DNA of 50,332 bases, taken from Phycisphaerales bacterium. Its GTDB lineage: Bacteria; Planctomycetota; Phycisphaerae; UBA1845; PWPN01. A program made the position numbers and the translations under genes. Shown here in pieces: positions 22,165 through 28,456 of the stretch (position 1 is the stretch's first letter; each line of letters begins with the position of its first letter). The DNA lies in assembly GCA_012729595.1 (NCBI GenBank), contig JAAYCU010000208.1:1-50332 (forward strand), in the 5' to 3' direction. Under the pieces are notes generated by a model. The model saw only the letters and a program-made list of their open reading frames with translations. It had not been told where the DNA came from and did not search any database.

Positions 22165-22192
22165 GTGCCGAGAAAGGATTCTCGGCACAGCG
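22165..22192 (+). repeat. Palindromic repeat copy A (GTGCCGAGAAAGGATTCTCGGCAC+AGCG)
   Basis: 10-bp perfect stem with a 4-nt loop, 5 nt after the uvrA stop. A degenerate extra right arm (AATCCTCGGAC) follows. Confidence 0.9.
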
Positions 22193-22378
22193 GTCCTTAT
22201 CTTGAAATCCTCGGACCATCGTTCCAAGGAAGGTTCACCTCCGAAACATCGGTAGCGAACAGCACGTGATAACCCGGCCTTCGTATTGACTATAAACCAG
22301 GTAACTGGGCAAATACTTGTCATCGGGACAGGGTTTGATGACGTGATATCCATGCGCTGACTCGCCAGGAACCGGCCG

Positions 22379-22627
22379 TCACGAAACCGCCAGCAGGCTT
22401 TCCACGGAGATGTCCTCATCGACTTCAGGCCAATGAATACCAACGCCCCCGCCGATCAATCGCCATTTATTTCTTTGCCGACTCGTCGCTTGCAGCAAAC
22501 GGGGAAACCATTCCAGGGGAACTAATATCTCCCGCCCATCGGTCAAAACCACGTGCAGGGTATCGTCCCGAACGGAAACCCCGATCGCCAACGGCTCCAC
22601 CCTGGGTTTACTCGCCAAAATACTCAT
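22379..22627 (-). CDS. DUF2442-domain protein (partner of DUF4160)
   Basis: Pattern VSVRDDTLHVVLTDGREILVPLEWFPRL...HWPEVDEDISVESLL is typical of DUF2442. It overlaps the upstream gene by 20 nt. Confidence 0.85.
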   Translation of the reverse strand: MSILASKPRVEPLAIGVSVRDDTLHVVLTDGREILVPLEWFPRLLQATSRQRNKWRLIGGGVGIHWPEVDEDISVESLLAVS

Positions 22628-22844
22628 GCCATTTCTCCTCGATTGTCATGCCATGCCGTTCGATCAATTTCCGTATCTCGTGAAGTTCCCGTTTTTGAAA
22701 TCCGCGCGACCTAGCCAAAGCCAAGGGCCGCATCCAGAATTTGGCATAGCCCTCGCCCTTTTCGACATGCACATGAATCGGTTCCTCTCGATCCAGGCTG
22801 AAGAAAAAGAATCGATAACCTTTGATGCGCAATATAGTTGGCAT
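22608..22844 (-). CDS. DUF4160-domain protein
   Basis: MPTILRIKGYRFFFFSLDREEPIHVHVEKGEGYAKFW is the DUF4160 signature. Start taken at the internal ATG (22844). Confidence 0.85.
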   Translation of the reverse strand: MPTILRIKGYRFFFFSLDREEPIHVHVEKGEGYAKFWMRPLALARSRGFQKRELHEIRKLIERHGMTIEEKWHEYFGE

Positions 22845-22921
22845 TATTTCACCCCGACCATTGTAATCATCTCCGGACAATCAGGCAACAACGCGAACAA
22901 TATCCAGCTTGATAACGCGTC

Positions 22922-22935
22922 GTGCCGAGAATCCC
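22922..22935 (-). repeat. Palindromic repeat copy B (half element, inverted orientation)
   Basis: GTGCCGAGAATCCC equals the left 14 nt of the reverse complement of copies D/E. The right arm is missing. Confidence 0.6.
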
Positions 22936-23003
22936 GACGTGCGCTCGTCAGGGCGGAGCCCGTCGCCGCCCGGCCGGAATCGGCCCGGCAAGATATACCC
23001 GGG

Positions 23004-23186
23004 TTAATCGATCCCGGCGGATTTCAAAATGCCGTGCAACGTTCCACGGGGAAGGTCTCGTCCGTGAACCGGTACGACCGCCCGGCGGCGGGTTTCCGGA
23101 TGATAGAAAATGCAATGGGTTCCGGTATGATGGTCCTCGACAAAGCCGTGCTTTTTCAGCAGACGAATGACCTGACGGTACGTCAT
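23004..23186 (-). CDS. hicA: HicA-family mRNA interferase toxin
   Basis: MTYRQVIRLLKKHGFVEDHHTGTHCIFYHP...LPRGTLHGILKSAG (YcfA/HicA pattern with the conserved GxH). An alternative ATG lies at 23204. Confidence 0.85.
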   Translation of the reverse strand: MTYRQVIRLLKKHGFVEDHHTGTHCIFYHPETRRRAVVPVHGRDLPRGTLHGILKSAGID

Positions 23187-23196
23187 GGCCCCGCGT

Positions 23197-23436
23197 TTAG
23201 ACATGAAGGGCCTCGGGATCCACGGGGACGTCCACGGACGCGGTCAGAAGGTCGTCGTCATCGGGGATCGGTTCCCCGTGTTTGGCCAGGCTTACCAGGT
23301 AGCCGCTGATCGCGTCGCGGACCATCCGTTTGGCCTGGCGAATGGTTTTGCCCCAGGTAATGCAACCGGGCAACGCCGGGACCATCACGGTGTATCCGCC
23401 CTCCGGCTCCGCCCGCAGGATTATTTGATACCGCAT
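23197..23436 (-). CDS. hicB: HicB-family antitoxin (short, UPF0150-type)
   Basis: MRYQIILRAEPEGGYTVMVPALPGCITWGKTIRQAKRMVRDAI. It lies immediately upstream of hicA. Confidence 0.85.
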   Translation of the reverse strand: MRYQIILRAEPEGGYTVMVPALPGCITWGKTIRQAKRMVRDAISGYLVSLAKHGEPIPDDDDLLTASVDVPVDPEALHV

Positions 23437-23525
23437 TGCTCTGCACTCCGTATGCCTACATCATAGCATGAATACAAGCAAAAACAACGCCGATCACTCC
23501 CGCGTATCGCGGCCACCCCGACGCG

Positions 23526-23596
23526 AGCGAGGGGACGGAGTGACGGAGGGCGGGAGGGGGAGACGGAGGGATGGAGAGACGGAGAGAGGGAGACGC
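23526..23596. repeat. Polypurine/polypyrimidine tract of about 70 nt with iterated GACGGAG motifs, closed by a 7-bp inverted repeat
   Basis: GAGCGAGGGGACGGAGTGACGGAGGGCGGGAGGGGGAGACGGAGGGATGGAGAGACGGAGAGAGGGAGACG. The flanks GCGAGCG (23524-30) and CGCTCGC (23595-601) are complementary. Confidence 0.85.
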
Positions 23597-23601
23597 TCGC
23601 A

Positions 23602-23617
23602 CGAGAATCCCTTCTCG
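23602..23617 (-). repeat. Palindromic repeat copy F (core only, inverted orientation)
   Basis: CGAGAATCCCTTCTCG is the reverse complement of the D/E core CGAGAAGGGATTCTCG. Its edge (23617) lies 4 nt below the stop codon of the DUF4926 gene at 23622-23624, i.e. just downstream of it. Confidence 0.7.
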
Positions 23618-23621
23618 CGGG

Positions 23622-23831
23622 TCATGCCGAAAGGGAAACGAGATTCAGCCGCATCACCTGTTGCCCGGTTAATGTCGCCACGCACTTATGCCGTCCCTGT
23701 TCATCAAGGAAATCCACTTCGTAGACATCCCCTTCGGGATAGCAATGCACGACGGCCCCAACGTCCCCGGCCAACAAACCTTCCGCCGGCACATTCACGA
23801 TCGCCGTTACCACATCATGTTCCTTTAACAT
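23622..23831 (-). CDS. DUF4926-domain protein
   Basis: MLKEHDVVTAIVNVPAEGLLAGDVGAVVHCYPEGDVYEVDF matches the DUF4926 pattern as I recall it. Confidence 0.8.
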   Translation of the reverse strand: MLKEHDVVTAIVNVPAEGLLAGDVGAVVHCYPEGDVYEVDFLDEQGRHKCVATLTGQQVMRLNLVSLSA

Positions 23832-23834
23832 GGC

Positions 23835-24167
23835 TTACTCCACGAAACAGGTAATCAGTCTTGGACGGTCGCCGGCCTCGTCAATCATCCAAACCGCTCG
23901 TATTATTTTGCTCCCAACCGGTCCGCACAACTGAAAACTCATTTCATACTTGTGGCCAAAGACCGTGGCCGTGTCCCTGCTTACACTTTCGCTCACCGCC
24001 GCCGTAAGCAATGCTTTCCTGAGTATCTCCAGATTGGCGATATGAATCCCCAGCAACTTTTGAAACAAGAATGCATGATGCCTCCCAACCGGATGCATCG
24101 GATTGAGGACATAGTTTCGTAGCTTGCCATCCTCGACAATAGCCTGATCGCCATTCGGAAGCTTCAT
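23835..24167 (-). CDS. DUF6883-domain protein (usual partner of DUF4926)
   Basis: MKLPNGDQAIVEDGKLRNYVLNPMHPVGRHHAFLF...WMIDEAGDRPRLITCFV matches the DUF6883 pattern. Start taken at the internal ATG 24167. Confidence 0.7.
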   Translation of the reverse strand: MKLPNGDQAIVEDGKLRNYVLNPMHPVGRHHAFLFQKLLGIHIANLEILRKALLTAAVSESVSRDTATVFGHKYEMSFQLCGPVGSKIIRAVWMIDEAGDRPRLITCFVE

Positions 24168-24352
24168 ATCTTTATTGTAGCATATCTTCCGATAGCCGCC
24201 CAACCCGGTCAGGGCAGCATCACATTACCATCCGCCGGCGCGGAACAAGGCCCGGCGGAACAACGCGGCCGCGCGCACGCCTCCGCCTTTGGCGGAGGCG
24301 GGAATCCTTTCCCGCGGCCCGCGGGGTGTGGGATGGGAATCCCACGGCCGTT

Positions 24353-24434
24353 GTGCCGAGAAAGGATTCTCGGCACAGCGGGAAAGGATTCTCGGCACAG
24401 CGGTTCTCGGCACAGCACTACAGCGGCACAGCGG
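24353..24434 (+). repeat. Palindromic repeat copy C plus about 3 degenerate tandem right arms
   Basis: GTGCCGAGAAAGGATTCTCGGCACAGCG is followed by GGAAAGGATTCTCGGCACAGCG, GTTCTCGGCACAGC and ACTACAGCGGCACAGCGG. Confidence 0.9.
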
Positions 24435-24504
24435 AACGGGGCCGTAGCCGTGTCGGGACCGGGCTGGCCGTAACCTCTGTGGGTAGCCCGAACACCTGGC
24501 GCGC

Positions 24505-24539
24505 AAAAACGAGGCCCGGCGAATAACTCACCGGGCCTC
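24505..24539 (-). terminator. Second (distal) Rho-independent terminator after the surface-protein gene
   Basis: On the minus strand: GAGGCCCGG, an 11-nt loop, CCGGGCCTC, then GTTTTTG. Confidence 0.65.
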
Positions 24540-24598
24540 CGTGTTGTATATTCCGAATATCCGTACGAGCGCCGCCAGTTCCCGATTAGTCCAGCGCG

Positions 24599-24632
24599 AA
24601 AAAAGGGCCCGGTGGATGATTCCACCGGGCCC
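24599..24632 (-). terminator. Proximal Rho-independent terminator after the surface-protein gene
   Basis: On the minus strand: GGGCCCGGTGG, a 6-nt loop, CCACCGGGCCC, then TTTTTT. Confidence 0.8.
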
Positions 24633-24698
24633 TCGATTCAGCATCCGTTCTCGCACCGTCAACCGATCCTTGCGGGCCGATTGGGGTACGATTGGGAA

Positions 24699-26906
24699 CT
24701 ATTTGACAATCGTGCCGTTGGACAGGGCGTTAATTCCAGCCAACGTAGTGATATTGGGCAGGTCGATAATATGCCGACCGCCAGCATCATTCCAATCGGC
24801 ATCGGCAATAATCACCGCATGACCTTTTGTGCTGTCGATTGCCAGAACGACAATATTGGTCGTCCCTGCTGCGGCAGCAGCGGCCAGTTCTGCCGTCGTT
24901 TGCGTCTGAGACAGACGTACAATCTGACCGGCATTGCCTGCAACTAAAGCAGCAATGGTAGTCCCGGCCGTAAACGTATCAGCCGCAGCACCATAGAGAC
25001 CCGTCAGATCAACCACATCGCCATCAGTAAGATCGGTGATGGTGTCACCGTTCATGTCGGCAGCGGCATTGTAGACAAACACGTCATCGCCCGGACCACC
25101 TGTCAGGGTATCTGCTAGAGCGGCACCCTCAATCTCGTCGTCGCCATCGCCGCCGATGATGAGGTTGTTTTGCGCGCTACCGGTGACGGTTAGGTCACCC
25201 GCAAAGCCTGTGGCATTGACCGTGTTCGCAGTGACGACACCCAGATCGAGATTCTGATCGCCACTGACATTGACCACCTTCGGCGCGGCCGGGAATGCGG
25301 TATAGCCGAGATTAACATCGGCGACCGCATTGTCCGTCGTTCCCGTGGATACGATACTGAGGATATCCACGCCAGCGGTGCCAGTAATCAGACCCGTTCC
25401 GTCGCCATCGCCGCCGAGGGTCAGATTGATGGTATCGTTGTTGTTGCTGCCATCGAAGGCAAACGTCAAGGCATTGAGAACTTCGCCTTCAGCAAGCGAA
25501 GCAACCTCAACGGTGATCGGCCCGTCGGTACGATCAAATGTGTAATTGCCGGCTGCGCCCAAAGCCTCGTCCGTGATGACCAGACCGGTGATACCCAGCA
25601 CCTGCTCGGTCCCGCCGTCCTTGAAATCGAAGGCGCCAGCAAGGCCCCACAGGATCAGATCGCCATCCAGCTCCGACGCGTCGATTGGCGCAGCGCCGAT
25701 CGCGGCCGGAGTAACCTCCGCCAGGTTCAGGCTGCTGCCACCGGTGATGACCACCTCGGCCACGTCGCCGAAGAAGCCGGCGCCGCCCGAGTTGGTCAGG
25801 AAGTTGTCGCCGGCCACGTCGATATTCAGCAAGGCCAGATCGGCGGCATCACGAGCGTATTCAAAAATGGCGCCAAGAGCGGTGCCGCCCAGGGCCAGAT
25901 TGACCTCGGTCAGGTCGGTGGATTCCGGAGCACCCTGAGCAACCAACAACCGCTTGGCATAATCGGCGGGCATACCCAATCCGATCTCGTCATCCTGAAC
26001 GTTCGACAAGGTCAGATTCCCGCTGCTGCCCGCGGCGACATTGAAGGCCCCGATCGCGGCCGTATTGCGGGCATCGAAAACAGCGCTATTGAACGTCACC
26101 TGGAAGTTTACCTCGGACATCTGGATAAGCGTGGCCAAGCTCGCGGTATTGCCCGCGACGACCGCATTGACAACATCAAACCCGCCGTTACTGACGGCGA
26201 TATCGACGGCCTGGAGAGTACCGACCGAGCCGGTGAACACGTCATCGCCGGGGGTACCGGTGAAGGTGTCCTGCTCGAGCGTAAAGACGAACTCGCCACC
26301 TTCGGGGGTGCAAGCGCCTGTATCCGGATCGCAGAACTCGCCCTCGGGGCACTCGACCGGCACGATTACGCACTCGCCATCCACGCACACATTGGGATTG
26401 CACAGGTCGCCGGAATCCTCACAAGGATTCTCGTCATCGCACTCGACGGGCGCGGGGACGCATGCGCCATCCTCGCAAACCTCGCCCTCTTCACAATCCT
26501 CGTCAACGACACACTCGACGCACTCGCCCGTATCCGAATCACAGAACAGGCCTTCGTCGCATACGACCACGGCGGTCACTTCGCATACGCCATCGATGCA
26601 GGCGTCCGTCGTGCACATATCGCCGTCATCGCAATCCTCATCTCCCACGCAAACGATAAGGCATGTGCCCGTATCCGGGTCACAGACTTCGCCTTCGCCG
26701 CACTTGTCCGTCGTCACACACTGGCCGTCCTCGCCGCAGGTGTTGATCGTACAAAGATTGCCGTCATCGCAATCCGAGTCGCTTTCGCACTGCTGGCCGG
26801 GGCAGCCACTGCCCATGAGAAACAGGGTCATTCCCAACATGCCCGCGATCATCGCGAACCTGCGGATAATGGACCCACCACTGACGTTCTGGTTTCTACC
26901 TGTCAT
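24699..26906 (-). CDS. Secreted, lipoprotein-like protein with an N-terminal Cys-rich repeat region, a long Cys-free beta-rich region carrying RTX-like GGxGxD repeats, and a C-terminal tail
   Basis: GGAGG lies 8 nt upstream of ATG 26906. The signal peptide ends in LMGSGC. There are 29 Cys between residues encoded at about 26310-26804 (CxDxxDC/DGxC units) and none afterwards. RTX-like motifs GGDGDDEIEG and GGPGDDVFV are present. The listed ORF extends upstream to 27050. Confidence 0.85.
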   Translation of the reverse strand: MTGRNQNVSGGSIIRRFAMIAGMLGMTLFLMGSGCPGQQCESDSDCDDGNLCTINTCGEDGQCVTTDKCGEGEVCDPDTGTCLIVCVGDEDCDDGDMCTTDACIDGVCEVTAVVVCDEGLFCDSDTGECVECVVDEDCEEGEVCEDGACVPAPVECDDENPCEDSGDLCNPNVCVDGECVIVPVECPEGEFCDPDTGACTPEGGEFVFTLEQDTFTGTPGDDVFTGSVGTLQAVDIAVSNGGFDVVNAVVAGNTASLATLIQMSEVNFQVTFNSAVFDARNTAAIGAFNVAAGSSGNLTLSNVQDDEIGLGMPADYAKRLLVAQGAPESTDLTEVNLALGGTALGAIFEYARDAADLALLNIDVAGDNFLTNSGGAGFFGDVAEVVITGGSSLNLAEVTPAAIGAAPIDASELDGDLILWGLAGAFDFKDGGTEQVLGITGLVITDEALGAAGNYTFDRTDGPITVEVASLAEGEVLNALTFAFDGSNNNDTINLTLGGDGDGTGLITGTAGVDILSIVSTGTTDNAVADVNLGYTAFPAAPKVVNVSGDQNLDLGVVTANTVNATGFAGDLTVTGSAQNNLIIGGDGDDEIEGAALADTLTGGPGDDVFVYNAAADMNGDTITDLTDGDVVDLTGLYGAAADTFTAGTTIAALVAGNAGQIVRLSQTQTTAELAAAAAAGTTNIVVLAIDSTKGHAVIIADADWNDAGGRHIIDLPNITTLAGINALSNGTIVK

Positions 26907-27460
26907 TCTACTAGCCTCCATAAAACAAGAATTTCTGGCGTTCAATGCCTGAACTACTACGATGGAATTTCGACACGCGAACCTACGGTTCACTCCGACC
27001 GTGCTGCAGCCCACCCTGGGACGCGCTTCCGGACGGGATCCCCGATCCATCGGCCGACGAAAAGGCGGCCGATCGATCGGATCTCCCGATCAACGGCACA
27101 GCCCAAGAAAACGCCCGAGGCAGGATGCATGACAACATGTCGAAGCTCGTGTCCCAACTCCATCGAAAACAACTTACGAACCGAACCGGCAAACCAACAC
27201 CGGTTCCACCCACCGCCGCACTTATGTCCCGTCGTCTGGTCACCTCCCCCGGCCCGAAACCGGTAATGGCAGACTCGATAACTGGTATACTCGACAATGT
27301 TCGCAACCTTGTACGATTTGCACCATATTCATGAGTTAACGCGATCCGCGCCATGGACCACCGCCAACCCGCGCCCTGACAATCACAATACCTATCGCCC
27401 AAGCTCCCTTCACGGAAGCAACGCCGCAAGTACCACAGGGCTACTCTTTTCGACACGCCA

Positions 27461-27488
27461 ATCTTACGTCCGCCCTAAACGCTGTCAA
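27461..27488 (-). promoter_or_regulatory. Candidate sigma70-type promoter on the minus strand (TTGACA-16-TAAGAT), about 550 nt upstream of the surface-protein start
   Basis: Hexamers read from the reverse complement. No competing ORF lies between this site and 26906. Confidence 0.25.
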
Positions 27489-27813
27489 CCCCGCCATACA
27501 ATTTTTTTCATTCCCAAGGGGTTTTCTCGGCCCATGGCGTCACTGCAAACTTCGCTATTACGCACCCTGTAGTCCTTAGCGATAACGATAGCATACCCAT
27601 TCCAGCAGGCCAATATGCCTACCTAGTTACCGCATTTATCGAACGAAAGTCACGTTTACAGCAGCATTTCCAGCAAATAATACCACAAAACATCCGGTCC
27701 GCGCCTATTCAACCCCCTTGAACGCTAAAATACCCAACCATCGGACGAAATGCCGTCACTGTGGCGAAAAAATAGGGGGAGAGAGGAAGATACGTAGGGG
27801 AAGGTAGAACGGC

Positions 27814-27861
27814 GCGCCGAGAAGGGATTCTCGGCACAGCGGCACGGCGGTCTCGGCACGG
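27814..27861 (+). repeat. Palindromic repeat copy D plus a degenerate extra arm
   Basis: GCGCCGAGAAGGGATTCTCGGCACAGCG (one stem mismatch) is followed by GCACGGCGGTCTCGGCACGGC. It ends 18 nt from the hicB stop. Confidence 0.85.
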
Positions 27862-27878
27862 CAACAACCCGGCCTTTA

Positions 27879-28088
27879 TCAGGCTTCCACGTACTCGCAC
27901 ATGCTGCTCGGTTCGGGGATGGGCAGGCCGTCCGCCTTGAGCCCATCGATATGAAAGGCTACGGCCTCTTGAATCTCATGCTTGACGTCCTCAAACGTCT
28001 GTCCGGTGGCCACGCAACCGGGCAGATCGGGTACGTAGGCGGAATAATTGCTCCCGGCTTTCTCGATAACAATAGCGTAGCGCATCAT
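27879..28088 (-). CDS. hicB: HicB-family antitoxin (short, UPF0150-type)
   Basis: MMRYAIVIEKAGSNYSAYVPDLPGCVATGQTFEDVKHEIQEAVAFHIDGL. Shows ATGA-type overlap with the upstream hicA. Confidence 0.85.
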   Translation of the reverse strand: MMRYAIVIEKAGSNYSAYVPDLPGCVATGQTFEDVKHEIQEAVAFHIDGLKADGLPIPEPSSMCEYVEA

Positions 28089-28279
28089 TGCTCCCCTTTA
28101 TGGCCGGACTGTTTCAGGATACTGTTCAAGGTTCCGGGGGCCAGATCGTCGCTCGGTTTGCCGGGAACGGTCACCCGGCCTTGCTTCCGCGAATGCTTGT
28201 ATTGGCGATGACTTCCCCGCGTGGCCACCTGATCCCACCCATCTTTTTCCAGAATCGCTATAACTTCGCGGACCTTCAT
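28085..28279 (-). CDS. hicA: HicA-family mRNA interferase toxin
   Basis: MKVREVIAILEKDGWDQVATRGSHRQYKH...LAPGTLNSILKQSG. Start taken at the internal ATG 28279. Confidence 0.85.
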   Translation of the reverse strand: MKVREVIAILEKDGWDQVATRGSHRQYKHSRKQGRVTVPGKPSDDLAPGTLNSILKQSGHKGEQ

Positions 28280-28376
28280 TATCGTTCGATTATAGGGTCT
28301 CCAGGTAGGCCATCGCAAATAACCTGCGATCAGCTCCCAAAGCTCGACGTCACCAGCCGGGATCAAGGATATCGTC

Positions 28377-28418
28377 GTGCCGAGAAGGGATTCTCGGCAC
28401 AGCGATTCTCGGCACAGC
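28377..28418 (+). repeat. Palindromic repeat copy E plus one extra right arm
   Basis: GTGCCGAGAAGGGATTCTCGGCACAGCG is followed by ATTCTCGGCACAGC. It lies 39 nt from the GH57 stop. Confidence 0.9.
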
Positions 28419-28456
28419 CAACATACCCCAGGATGCGGACGGCATGCCCGGCTTCG

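Noticed and set aside
24353-24434. A CRISPR-like array, given the tandem copies of TTCTCGGCACAGCG. The same idea was considered for the 17-bp repeats at 47186-47236.
   Set aside because: The repeat units are contiguous or nearly so, with no spacers of 25-40 nt. The units are too short, and there are no cas genes in the window.
24209-24625. A 138-aa minus-strand ORF, plus overlapping ORFs at 24225-24506 and 24326-24526.
   Set aside because: The frames run through the palindromic repeat array and two terminator hairpins. The recurring peptide VPRILSRH/CAENPFSAQR seen in several track ORFs is simply the translated repeat.
22165-28418. Interpreting the repeat-delimited small cassettes as a chromosomal integron array with attC sites.
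   Set aside because: No IntI-type integrase or attI is visible on either side. The 24-nt hairpin is much shorter than the attC sites I know of, and I could not find the GTTRRRY/RYYYAAC cores. Two copies are inverted or partial. I kept it as an unclassified REP-like boundary element instead.
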